From positions 526 to 64,525 of the IMG/VR virus record IMGVR_UViG_3300034220_000029: a stretch of DNA of 64,000 nucleotides. One strand, written 5' to 3'. The stretch is from a virus. Both the position numbers and the translations under genes were made by a program. Numbering within the stretch: position 1 is the stretch's first letter; each line of letters starts with the position of its first letter. A model generated the notes under the pieces. That model was not told where the DNA came from. It did not search any database and saw only the letters and a list, made by a program, of their open reading frames with translations. Positions 37,422 to 46,025 of the stretch are shown in pieces.

Positions 37422-37658
37422 TCAGCCAACAATTTCAAAGGCACTGCGCAGCGTGAACTCGCCCTCGTGGGGGCAGTAATAGGTGATGCAGTCGTCCCCT
37501 ATGTACTCCTCAAGGTCCCTGTTCAGCCTGTGGGGGAAGGCCTCGCACGTCCGGGAGTTCATGACGCGCCGCTCACGGTTGCCGAGGACCTGGTTGAGCC
37601 CGTCAGGGATGTGCCACGGACCGCGGTTGCGAGGCACGTAGATGTCCTTGATCCTCAC
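37422..37658 (-). CDS. Hypothetical protein
   Basis: GTG start overlaps upstream stop. Confidence 0.65.
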   Translation of the reverse strand: MRIKDIYVPRNRGPWHIPDGLNQVLGNRERRVMNSRTCEAFPHRLNRDLEEYIGDDCITYYCPHEGEFTLRSAFEIVG

Positions 37659-37828
37659 GCGAGCTCCTCGGGCGGGGGCGCCACCTGGCAGCGGCCCTCG
37701 GCATAAGCGTCGAGCAGGGCAATGGCCAGCTCCCTGTTGTTATCAAAGTAGTCGTTATCACCTTCGAGATAGCCAGGGTAGGTTTCCTCGTCGTAAGGTC
37801 TGCGAGGTTTGTGCTCAGGCAGCTTCAT
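37655..37828 (-). CDS. Hypothetical protein
   Basis: ATG overlaps upstream stop; GAGGAG SD. Confidence 0.7.
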   Translation of the reverse strand: MKLPEHKPRRPYDEETYPGYLEGDNDYFDNNRELAIALLDAYAEGRCQVAPPPEELA

Positions 37829-38331
37829 GCCAACTCCTCGTAGGCCTTGGCCTTGATGTAGCACTCGTCGACAAGCGGTTCGGGATGCAGATAGACCACA
37901 GAGTTGCCGTCCACCTTGCGCCGGAAGAGCAGGTAGCAGCTGTAGTCGACGCCGCCGTGACACTGGCCGTTCTGCAGGTAGCATTGGTTGCCGATGGTCC
38001 CGACGACGTGCATCCCACTGGGGGCGTGGCCCGCAACCTCAATTGATTCGGCGAGCCGCATCATGTCCAGCATTGCGCGCACCTTTGCCTTGTGGAACGG
38101 CAGCATCTTGTTGCTGGTCATCTCCTTGAGGTAGCCCTCGGCACGCAGACTCTTGATGGGGATTCTGATTTTGCGCAGCACCTGGCGCAGTGCCATGCGC
38201 CCGTAGTAATCAAGGTTCTCTTTGGACATGCCGCTGATGTCAATGACAGTGCCGATTGGCAGCTTTGGCTTTGGCAGCGCAACTGGGTCGCCCAGGTACT
38301 GGATTTGATCCAGAGGAGACTTCGCTCTCAC
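37825..38331 (-). CDS. Hypothetical protein
   Basis: GTG at 38331 overlaps upstream stop. Confidence 0.7.
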   Translation of the reverse strand: MRAKSPLDQIQYLGDPVALPKPKLPIGTVIDISGMSKENLDYYGRMALRQVLRKIRIPIKSLRAEGYLKEMTSNKMLPFHKAKVRAMLDMMRLAESIEVAGHAPSGMHVVGTIGNQCYLQNGQCHGGVDYSCYLLFRRKVDGNSVVYLHPEPLVDECYIKAKAYEELA

Positions 38332-38729
38332 GCGAGCTCCTCGGGCACTTCCACCTCTTTGCCGAGCACCGACGCCACGTAGCAGCGCATGGCTGCAATG
38401 AGGAACGTCTCGCCGTAGTAGCAGTGAAAATCCCCGCCCTCGTGGCGCAGTGAGGCGTATGCGAACCACTTTCTGTCCGGGGTCACAAGATCGGCGATCG
38501 CCGGTGATGCGTCAGCCGAACCACGCACCCAAGGGCGTTCACGCTCAATGATCGGCCACGCTATGGCCGGGTCGATGCATGGGGCGTAGTTCGGGTCCGC
38601 CGAGTACAGTGCCCGGCGCACGAGGTGTGGGTACTCGTTGCCGGTTGCGATCCAGACCGGGGTGCCTTCACACTTCGCAACCAGCCAATCGATCTGGGCC
38701 AGCGTTGCGTCTGCGACTTTGATTTTCAT
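38328..38729 (-). CDS. NinX/DUF2591-like phage protein
   Basis: IDWLVAKCEG, AWPIIERE, LIAAMRCYVAS. Confidence 0.8.
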   Translation of the reverse strand: MKIKVADATLAQIDWLVAKCEGTPVWIATGNEYPHLVRRALYSADPNYAPCIDPAIAWPIIERERPWVRGSADASPAIADLVTPDRKWFAYASLRHEGGDFHCYYGETFLIAAMRCYVASVLGKEVEVPEELA

Positions 38730-38977
38730 TTGGTCTGCCTTTCAAAGATGGGCTCGAAGACTTCGCTGATGTCGTTGTCGGGGACCAGGTCGTCGTTGAC
38801 CGTGTCGCCACAGCCGACAGCGAAGTCCTCGATCGCGTCGAGCACGGCGTCATGGACGGGTCCAGGCCACTCTTCGCCGATGACAGTCACGCGCTCCAGC
38901 TCCCCAAGGGCTTCCCAGAAGGCGACCTTGGCGGAGATCACCGCACGAGCTGCGGCACATTGTTCGGGGGTCATCAT
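38726..38977 (-). CDS. Hypothetical protein
   Basis: Coupled ORF. Confidence 0.7.
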   Translation of the reverse strand: MMTPEQCAAARAVISAKVAFWEALGELERVTVIGEEWPGPVHDAVLDAIEDFAVGCGDTVNDDLVPDNDISEVFEPIFERQTK

Positions 38978-39249
38978 GAGTCTTGCTCCAGCGTCACGTC
39001 GGCGTCGGCGCAGAGCACCGAGACCTTGATGCCCATCTCGTCAAGCTTGCCGTAGCCTTCGATGAAGTCGTTGTTCCAGCCAGCGATGCGGCCGGTGGCC
39101 GCCAGCTCGCCGATGTGGGCGACGTGTTCTTCGATCGTGTCGAAGGCGTAGAAGCTCTTGCGGAACTCCTCCATGAACTCCGGTGTGAATTTGGTCTCGT
39201 CGATCGAGACATCGACGAGCACGTCGACGTTGACAGTAAAGTTTTTCAT
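38974..39249 (-). CDS. Acidic hypothetical protein
   Basis: Hairpin + GGAG RBS. Confidence 0.8.
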   Translation of the reverse strand: MKNFTVNVDVLVDVSIDETKFTPEFMEEFRKSFYAFDTIEEHVAHIGELAATGRIAGWNNDFIEGYGKLDEMGIKVSVLCADADVTLEQDS

Positions 39250-39282
39250 GTTGAACTCCGTTGTTGCCGCAAAGCGCGGCGG

Positions 39283-39471
39283 TTATTTGACTGCGGCCTT
39301 CTTCACTTCACGGCACGCCGACCAGCGGGCAGACTTGCCGATGTCAGCAACCAACTCCATGCAGTCGGCCTTGGTTGCGATGTTGTCGATGACGACCGGG
39401 CCGCCGCTGGCAGCGTGGTAGCCGGTAAGGTCGAAGTAGGCGATGAACACCCAGACAGCGATCGTGCTCAT
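39283..39471 (-). CDS. Small exported Cys-pair protein
   Basis: Hydrophobic N-terminus; two Cys. Confidence 0.7.
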   Translation of the reverse strand: MSTIAVWVFIAYFDLTGYHAASGGPVVIDNIATKADCMELVADIGKSARWSACREVKKAAVK

Positions 39472-39716
39472 GCCGCAGCCCTCCAGTCAGCGATGGCCTT
39501 CTGCCCTGCGTCGAAGTGGGCCTTGGCCTGCTCTTGGAATCCGAACAGGGCGGTGATGCGCGCCAGTTCCTGAATGGCCTGCAGGAACACGACCTCGGGG
39601 CCATGCTCTGCCGGCAAGTCGCTGCTGTCGTGCTTCTGGCTCATCTGGTACTGGTCGTTGGACGCGTAGTCGATGACATACCGTGTCCGCGTCAACTTGG
39701 GTTCAGCGCGGCTCAT
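39468..39716 (-). CDS. Hypothetical protein
   Basis: Coupled ORF. Confidence 0.7.
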   Translation of the reverse strand: MSRAEPKLTRTRYVIDYASNDQYQMSQKHDSSDLPAEHGPEVVFLQAIQELARITALFGFQEQAKAHFDAGQKAIADWRAAA

Positions 39717-39904
39717 TCCTTCATCCCTCCCAGAGCGAGGCCCAGCCAGATCAGGCCGAGGCCGATCCTGTTCAGGCCGTACCGCACCGGGGACGACAGC
39801 AGCAGCCAGCCGGTGAACCAGTAGCCGTCACACTTGATGCTGTGCTTCAAGGCCGGGTTGAACTCGCCCCAGAAGGTGCGCTTTGTTTTGATGGATTTAG
39901 GCAT
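39713..39904 (-). CDS. Small membrane protein
   Basis: C-terminal hydrophobic helix; coupled. Confidence 0.6.
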   Translation of the reverse strand: MPKSIKTKRTFWGEFNPALKHSIKCDGYWFTGWLLLSSPVRYGLNRIGLGLIWLGLALGGMKE

Positions 39905-40265
39905 CGTTGGCTTTCTTGGTGGTGTTGAGACGCTGGGCCTGCAGCTCAGCCTCCATGGCTGGGAACTCGTTGAAGCGCCGGCAGATTTCATCGATCGTTT
40001 CCCGCAGGTTCCATGCGTCGTCGCCAATGCCGAGCGTCTCGGGAATAACGGCGATGGTGGTCTCGGGCCGGTCGTGGTACGTGGTGAACAGCTGGCCCTC
40101 AGCCAACACCAATTTCTGGTGGTGGTCGGTGAAGCGATCAGCAGCAGGCTTGTAGATCAAGCGGAACGCCTCCAGAAACTGGGCATCGTCGGTGAAAAAG
40201 ATGTTGCCGTCGCGGTGGACGATGCCACCTGCTGCGCGGATGGCGTCCTTGATCTCCTGGCTCAC
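39897..40265 (-). CDS. Hypothetical protein
   Basis: Coupled ORF. Confidence 0.75.
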   Translation of the reverse strand: MSQEIKDAIRAAGGIVHRDGNIFFTDDAQFLEAFRLIYKPAADRFTDHHQKLVLAEGQLFTTYHDRPETTIAVIPETLGIGDDAWNLRETIDEICRRFNEFPAMEAELQAQRLNTTKKANDA

Positions 40266-40507
40266 TCCGGCACCTCATCGGCGAAGCGCGAATAGACCAC
40301 GCCGTGGGTATCGCCGTTGAGGGCGATCTCCCGCAGGCTGGGGAAGTAAGCGAAGGCGTCCGCCACCCACTGCGGCACGCCGCCGTCGTCACCAACAGGC
40401 TGCGGACCCGAGGCGTAGAAGTTGCCGCGAATCTCCAGCTTGGTGTGGCTGTGGGCGCCGTGGAACGTGGGCTTGGTGCTGCCCTTCATTGCGAACGAGA
40501 GGCTCAT
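40262..40507 (-). CDS. Hypothetical protein
   Basis: Coupled ORF. Confidence 0.7.
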   Translation of the reverse strand: MSLSFAMKGSTKPTFHGAHSHTKLEIRGNFYASGPQPVGDDGGVPQWVADAFAYFPSLREIALNGDTHGVVYSRFADEVPE

Positions 40508-40815
40508 GCTTTTTCTCCTGGTTTGAGCGCCGCGATCTGGGCAAGCAGCGCGGGGTCGGTCTTGAAGTTGGCGATCGCGGACAGGTCCACGGTCGGGCTC
40601 AGGCTGTCCGGCAAATCACCGGCAGGCGCAGCGGCGTAGCCCCTGCCGGCTTCCTGCTCGCTGCGGATGTTCCAGGCGCGGGCGAACCCGGCCTCGAAAG
40701 TCCGGCGGTTGGCGATGGTGTCAAGCATCGGATGGCGCGCCGTGAAGTACGCCTCGGCCGCGTCGTTGCGGTGCGCCTCCATCAGTGCGTGGTCTCGCTC
40801 GAATCGGTCGCTCAT
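40504..40815 (-). CDS. Hypothetical protein
   Basis: ATG at 40815 overlaps upstream stop. Confidence 0.7.
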   Translation of the reverse strand: MSDRFERDHALMEAHRNDAAEAYFTARHPMLDTIANRRTFEAGFARAWNIRSEQEAGRGYAAAPAGDLPDSLSPTVDLSAIANFKTDPALLAQIAALKPGEKA

Positions 40816-41624
40816 GCGGGTTCTCCAGTGGAGTGCACGGTGCCTTTGAATTGCAGGCCCGGGCAGGGTTTCTTGTGCGAATAGTCGGTGCCGGTCTGAA
40901 TCTCGCCGGAGCCGCCACACAGGTGGCAGGGTGTGCACTCGTCGGCGTCGTAGTCGAGGATGTCGGGCCTTGTGGTGGTCTCGCCGATGATGTGGCGCAT
41001 GCGATCAGCCTCGTACCGAACCCGGTGCGGGTACTCGGAGCGGTCGATCGTGAAGCACTCCTCTTTGTCCGCGCTGTATAGCAGGGCTGTCCAGTTGTTC
41101 CGGCCGTTCGACTCGGGCATCTTCCCGTACCAGACCGAGAGGCCTCCGGCGATCAGTTCGGGATGACCGTCGAGCTCGCCGCGAATCTCCAACTCCTCCT
41201 TGACCGCCCCTTCCACGCTCTCGGTGATGTGGTCATCGATCACGGACATGATCACGGAGGGCAGAGTGTTAACCTTGCTGATCCGGCCGCCAGTGGCGTG
41301 GCACAGCACGATCGGGTAGGAGTGCAGGATCATGCTGAAGTCGCTCAGCTCCTTCTTCAGCAGATCGATGTCGATCGTGCCGTCCTCCTTGAGGATCAGC
41401 TCGGACCAGAACTTCCAGGCATCCTCCACGCTCTCGATCGCGTCGACATCGCCGAGCCGCGGCAGCGCCGTCACGTCCGGCAGACCGTCAATCGTGGCAC
41501 GCTGGATGCGGCGCACGATGTCGCGTAGGAATTTGCTCTCGGCCGGTGGGTAGCCGCTGAACGCTGTGGCGTGGCGGAGGTCGGTGGCGATGACGGCCAG
41601 TGTCTGTGCAGTTTCTTTTTTCAT
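40812..41624 (-). CDS. Multi-domain hypothetical protein (270 aa)
   Basis: RNNWTA...SEYPHRVRYEADR pattern; C-terminal CHLCGGSG zinc motif. Confidence 0.8.
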   Translation of the reverse strand: MKKETAQTLAVIATDLRHATAFSGYPPAESKFLRDIVRRIQRATIDGLPDVTALPRLGDVDAIESVEDAWKFWSELILKEDGTIDIDLLKKELSDFSMILHSYPIVLCHATGGRISKVNTLPSVIMSVIDDHITESVEGAVKEELEIRGELDGHPELIAGGLSVWYGKMPESNGRNNWTALLYSADKEECFTIDRSEYPHRVRYEADRMRHIIGETTTRPDILDYDADECTPCHLCGGSGEIQTGTDYSHKKPCPGLQFKGTVHSTGEPA

Positions 41625-41854
41625 TTTGGTTCCCGGGTTGTGTTGAGGACGGCTTTCTGGATCGCCTCAGCCGCGTCGATCCACTGGAGCTTTGCGCACA
41701 GCCCTGCCTGAGCCCATTCGGGCCCTTGAAGCGGGGCGACAACACCAGCGCGGTGGGCGCTGTAGCCGATCTCCGCGAGGCGTTGCCACTCGTCGACCTC
41801 AGCGTCGGTAGGGATGCCGGGGAGAGTGGCTGTCGGTATGGTTGGATTGGGCAT
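41621..41854 (-). CDS. Hypothetical protein
   Basis: GGAG RBS. Confidence 0.7.
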   Translation of the reverse strand: MPNPTIPTATLPGIPTDAEVDEWQRLAEIGYSAHRAGVVAPLQGPEWAQAGLCAKLQWIDAAEAIQKAVLNTTREPK

Positions 41855-41865
41855 GTCAGCTCCAG

Positions 41866-42255
41866 TTAGGCGCGCATCGTGCGCAGTTCGTCGTACAGGC
41901 GTTGGGAGGCTCCAGGGTCGCCGTCGTCAGCTTCTTCGACCTCGGCGGCCACGTACTCGTCAAGTCGACGCCAGAAGGCTCGGCGGTCGGGCAGTGGGCT
42001 GTCGGCCTGGCCCTTGGTGGTGATGGCCTCGACGCCGTTGGTAGGCACGTCAGCGGGGCGCCAGACGTGCCCACAGCCGTCGCACAGGTGCGAGCGGTGG
42101 GGTGGGTTGGTCCAGCGAGACTCAGGGCAGATGCACTGGTCGTCGAAGGTGCCGCCGCCGGGGGTCAGGCAGGATCGTGTGTGCGGCTCCGGCGCGTCGA
42201 TGTGCTGCCGGCCGCAGGCCGGGCAGTGCAGCACCATGTCGATCGGGGCGTTCAT
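41866..42255 (-). CDS. Zn-binding conserved phage protein
   Basis: PIDMVLHCPACGRQHID...HRSHLCDGCGHVWRPADVPTNGV. Confidence 0.8.
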   Translation of the reverse strand: MNAPIDMVLHCPACGRQHIDAPEPHTRSCLTPGGGTFDDQCICPESRWTNPPHRSHLCDGCGHVWRPADVPTNGVEAITTKGQADSPLPDRRAFWRRLDEYVAAEVEEADDGDPGASQRLYDELRTMRA

Positions 42256-42467
42256 CCATTCCTCGCAAGCTTGCGCAGGGCGAGCATGTCGCGGCCACTC
42301 ACGAGGACGTCGAAGTTGAGCTGGCGTCTGGCCGCGCGGCGCAGCTTGCGCAGGGCCGTGGTGCGCCCCATCAGATGGCGCGGGCCGCCACCCCACCGGG
42401 CGTGAAGCCGCAGGTCGTACGTCAGGTTGATGACGACGTAGGGTTTGCGTTTGAGGCTTGAACTCAT
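42252..42467 (-). CDS. Small Arg-rich protein
   Basis: Hairpin + AGGAG RBS. Confidence 0.7.
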   Translation of the reverse strand: MSSSLKRKPYVVINLTYDLRLHARWGGGPRHLMGRTTALRKLRRAARRQLNFDVLVSGRDMLALRKLARNG

Positions 42468-42547
42468 TTGGACTCCTAAAACAATAGCAACAAGGTGTTG
42501 CGGGTAAAGGGCTGGGCCCTCTCCAGTACATCCGGTGCACTGGGGAG

Positions 42548-42567
42548 GGCACCCCCGAAGGGGTGCC
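42548..42567 (-). terminator. 8-bp C(UUCG)G hairpin in non-coding structured region
   Basis: GGCACCCC-TTCG-GGGGTGCC on minus strand; no U-tract. Confidence 0.5.
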
Positions 42568-43205
42568 GTCTCTCATTAGCTGGCTATCGCCGTTTCCAGG
42601 CCAGCGCTGGTTACCCAATCCCGCCTTCAGGGGTCGGCGACTGAGGTGAAAGCGAGGGGTGCGTTAAAGCCCAGTGGGTCAGGGCGCACCTTCCTCAGCA
42701 GCGGTGGGTTGGACGGTCGCGCCTCTCATCCCATCCCGGTCTACCGCTCAATGTCTCCCCGACCCTAAGTTCCGTTTAAATTTTGTGTGATGTTGTGCTC
42801 CTAAAACAATAGCTAGCAGCCCTTACTGGGCGGTGCGGTACCGCCCATTTCGGGCGAAAAAATCTACTCCAAATACGGCGCTCTCTCGTGCACAGATCGC
42901 GCCGCATTCAGGCTAGGTTTTGCATCTCGCGGATGGAATTAACGTCTTCTGTTGACGGCCCTCGAAGGGCGGTTTGGCCGCTGATCGTGCTGGCCGTGAC
43001 AGTGACCCCTCGGGGTATGCAGGGCTATGCAGTCAGCGCTCCTCACCCGGAACACAGGTGATCTGGAGCGGTTGGCTTTGACGGCGTGATGCAAGTTTGT
43101 CTGCTGCCGCGTGAGGTGGGTCAATATTTCATGTCGTTCTCCTTGTAAATGCCAAGCAGGCCGAAAGGGTTCCCACTTGGATCACCCAGCCTGCTTTTTC
43201 TTCAA

Positions 43206-43598
43206 TCACTCCTCGTCGAAGTACGGCCCTCCCACTTGTCCGGGCAGCGTGTTGCTGCGCTGAACCACAGCCCACTCAAGGCCTGTGGCGCCGGGCACCC
43301 GACGAATTTCAAACTCACCTTCAAGGAAGATGCTGCGGTAGTCCAGCAGCGCGTGCTCGGCGCGAGACTGGTCCCTGCCGAAGCGCTCAACCACGGTAAA
43401 GCCAGCCCGAAGGTTGACGGCCTCGCAGGTGAGCACGGTCATGGTCTTCTGGTCGATTTCCAGCCGCAGCACCACGTTGCACGGGCCGTGCTTGATGCAG
43501 TCCTCTGCGTCAAGCTTGTGGTCGTGCAGCGAGGCCGTGATGACGTTGCTCAGATCGGTACCCAGCACGAGTCCCAGCCACTTGACGGACGGGCTCAT
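43206..43598 (-). CDS. Hypothetical protein
   Basis: ATG at 43598 overlaps upstream stop. Confidence 0.7.
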   Translation of the reverse strand: MSPSVKWLGLVLGTDLSNVITASLHDHKLDAEDCIKHGPCNVVLRLEIDQKTMTVLTCEAVNLRAGFTVVERFGRDQSRAEHALLDYRSIFLEGEFEIRRVPGATGLEWAVVQRSNTLPGQVGGPYFDEE

Positions 43599-44530
43599 GC
43601 GACCTCGGTCCTTGCGCTGACCACGGCGAGCGTCTCGACGTCGAGCTCGAGCCGCACCAGGTGCGTCCGCTTCGCGGAAGTGAGGCTGGCTTGATCGCGG
43701 TCGATGCGCAGGTCGCCCATGAGGACCTGCTCGCCGTCGCGGTGGGCAGCTGCAGCAATCCAGCGGACCGCTGTGGGCTTCATGCGGTACTCGAAGTCCG
43801 GGTCCTCCGGGCACGGTGTCGCAGCCGGCATCCATTCACGGTTCGGCCCCCTGCGGAACTCCAGGCGATGCTTCAGACCCCTGAGCTCGGCCAAGGTGAT
43901 GACCTCCTTGTTCGCCCTGACGCGGGCCTCGTCTGCCGCCTTGATCTGGGCGACCCGTTTCGCAGCGGCCCGGCGGGCAATTTCAGCCCGGACGCCGACG
44001 ATCGACAGGCCCCTGGGAGGTTGAGGGGACTGGACCTCGAACGCGCCCTCGGCGCAGAACGTGACGCCGTCGTTGACGCCCATGACGTTGAGAGAGGCAG
44101 CCAGCTGCTCGTCAGTCGCGTCTATCAGGCCGATCGGCTCACGGGCAGACGCCGGGGTGTTATTGAGGCAGCCGATGACGCCGCCGGAGAGGTCAGCGCC
44201 AATGACGCGCATCAGGTCGGTGATGATCGTCTCGAAGGAATCGGCGGGCCTGGCCGGGCCGAGGTCAGCGACGATCCGGCTGCCATCCTTCTCGGCGTCG
44301 CCGGTGCTGTTGAAGCGACCGTCTGCGGAAAAGGACTGGTGTCTGTTAACCCAGGCCGGACTGCCGCCCTTGGGGCCAAACGCCACGAAGTCAGCGAGGA
44401 TCGGGTATTCGTCGATCGAGCCGGTGGCGTCGTCATCGCCCATGGTGCGTGTCAGCGCTGTGACCCGCACAATATCGCCGTTGGCGCAACGGTAAAAGTT
44501 ACCAACGACTGGGTTGAATTTGAATGTCAA
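43595..44530 (-). CDS. Hypothetical protein (about 311 aa)
   Basis: Hairpin + GGAG + TTG start at 44530. Confidence 0.8.
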   Translation of the reverse strand: MTFKFNPVVGNFYRCANGDIVRVTALTRTMGDDDATGSIDEYPILADFVAFGPKGGSPAWVNRHQSFSADGRFNSTGDAEKDGSRIVADLGPARPADSFETIITDLMRVIGADLSGGVIGCLNNTPASAREPIGLIDATDEQLAASLNVMGVNDGVTFCAEGAFEVQSPQPPRGLSIVGVRAEIARRAAAKRVAQIKAADEARVRANKEVITLAELRGLKHRLEFRRGPNREWMPAATPCPEDPDFEYRMKPTAVRWIAAAAHRDGEQVLMGDLRIDRDQASLTSAKRTHLVRLELDVETLAVVSARTEVA

Positions 44531-44636
44531 TTTGAACTCCGAAAATGTGAGCAATTCGCTCGGGTTTGCCTCTGAAGAAGCAAGTGAAATATACCTTTAG
44601 CGTTACAACTTGTTGCAGGTTTCCTTTGTGACTTAA

Positions 44637-44891
44637 TTACACCGGGCGGTGTGCTTCTTTATTGATAGCTGCCTGTGCCCGTGCGACAAGGGCTCCAGTG
44701 TCACCGCGGGTATATACCACCAGTGGTTTTTCAAACACAGTGGGCATTACCTGCGCGTAGATGGCGACGTTGTCGGGGCAGTCCTCATTGCCGTCGATCT
44801 CGAACGAGGCGAAGACCGGCGGGTCAAGCCGGCGCAGCGCCGTGCTGCGCAGCCAGGCCACGTCCTCACGGTCATTGAGGAACTGGATCAT
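44637..44891 (-). CDS. Hypothetical protein
   Basis: ATG overlaps upstream stop. Confidence 0.7.
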   Translation of the reverse strand: MIQFLNDREDVAWLRSTALRRLDPPVFASFEIDGNEDCPDNVAIYAQVMPTVFEKPLVVYTRGDTGALVARAQAAINKEAHRPV

Positions 44892-45151
44892 GCTGGCGCC
44901 CGCTTCTTGATGTAGTAGCCAAAGCCTGTCACCCAGGTGATGTCGAGTGGAATCTTGTGGTGCACTGCGTGCTCCATCAGGACCCAAACCGTGCTGCCGG
45001 AGGAGGAGTGCGTCGAGTGCCCGAATTGCTCGAACAAATCGATCAGGGTGCGAGCTTGAGCCCGCGTCACCGTCCGAGAGACGAGACCAAATGCAGACGT
45101 TGTCGGGTTGAGTTTGATGCGGCCGTCCCCGCTGAACATGCCGTAGTCCAT
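44888..45151 (-). CDS. Hypothetical protein
   Basis: Coupled ORF. Confidence 0.7.
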   Translation of the reverse strand: MDYGMFSGDGRIKLNPTTSAFGLVSRTVTRAQARTLIDLFEQFGHSTHSSSGSTVWVLMEHAVHHKIPLDITWVTGFGYYIKKRAPA

Positions 45152-45615
45152 CACATCTTCCCCAGCAGCTCGTCTTCGATGGCCTGGCGCCGGGCCTCCA
45201 TCTCCTCCTCGATCCGGGTCCTCAGTACCTGCCGGGTCGACTCGTGGAACATGCTCGCCACCGACTGCACCACCAGTGGGTGCATCCACCACTCACCGGC
45301 GAAGGTGTAGGTGGAGCGCTTGGTGGTGCGCTCACCCCACAGGTTGTCCCCGTTCCAGACGGTGAGCTCAAGTAGCCCCGTGTCCTGCCGCAGGCACAGG
45401 TCGGTGCACTTGTCGTAGGTGCTGGTCGAGCTCTTTTCCTCGAAGGGGACGGGCGTCGCCCTGTAGTTGTCGTGGCTCTCGCCCTTGACAACCCTGAGCT
45501 GCCCGGTACGCACCGCTTCACGCAGCGGGCCCACCAACTTGTGGTTGTAGTCACTGCAGTGCACGTCGTGGCCCCAGAGCTCGAACTTGCGCTTGAGGGT
45601 GTTGACCTCGTTCAT
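45151..45615 (-). CDS. Hypothetical protein
   Basis: Coupled ORF, 154 aa. Confidence 0.75.
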   Translation of the reverse strand: MNEVNTLKRKFELWGHDVHCSDYNHKLVGPLREAVRTGQLRVVKGESHDNYRATPVPFEEKSSTSTYDKCTDLCLRQDTGLLELTVWNGDNLWGERTTKRSTYTFAGEWWMHPLVVQSVASMFHESTRQVLRTRIEEEMEARRQAIEDELLGKM

Positions 45616-46025
45616 GCTGGCGCTCCCGGTGGGTTGTAGATCAGGCCCCTCAACTCAGCGAGGGCTTGCATGCGCGCCTCGAAGCGGGTGAGGAAGTCTC
45701 CGCTGCCGGAGAAGCTGTCGTGGGCCCGCTGCATATCGCAGAGCAGGTCCAGCGCTGCGTTGCCTTCAATCCCCGCGGCCTTCAGTGCCGCCTCGAACCT
45801 GTTCCTGGTTAGGGACTCGGGGCGCAGGTGCATCCACACCGTCGTGCCGTCACCCTGCTCGTCGAAGACTGGGTCGTAGGCGTTGTCGGGGATGAGGCCG
45901 CCGACAATGCACTTGTCACCGTTCGGTGCCCGGTACATGCAGGCGCCGTCTTCGTCATGAGAGGCGCGGCCCTGCGTCCTGATGTGGTTCAGGCCTTCGT
46001 CGAAGATTTGCTGTAGCGTTTTCAT
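45612..46025 (-). CDS. Conserved phage hypothetical protein
   Basis: QQIFD...QGRAS...CMYR...KCIVGGLIPD...QRAHD pattern. Confidence 0.8.
   Translation of the reverse strand: MKTLQQIFDEGLNHIRTQGRASHDEDGACMYRAPNGDKCIVGGLIPDNAYDPVFDEQGDGTTVWMHLRPESLTRNRFEAALKAAGIEGNAALDLLCDMQRAHDSFSGSGDFLTRFEARMQALAELRGLIYNPPGAPA

Noticed and set aside
42500-42830. Hammerhead or HDV-like ribozyme, riboswitch or tRNA
   Set aside because: CTAATGA, GAAAC and CCTCGCT fragments exist, but the required stems and order could not be built; no cloverleaf or T-loop was seen here or noticed elsewhere in the window.
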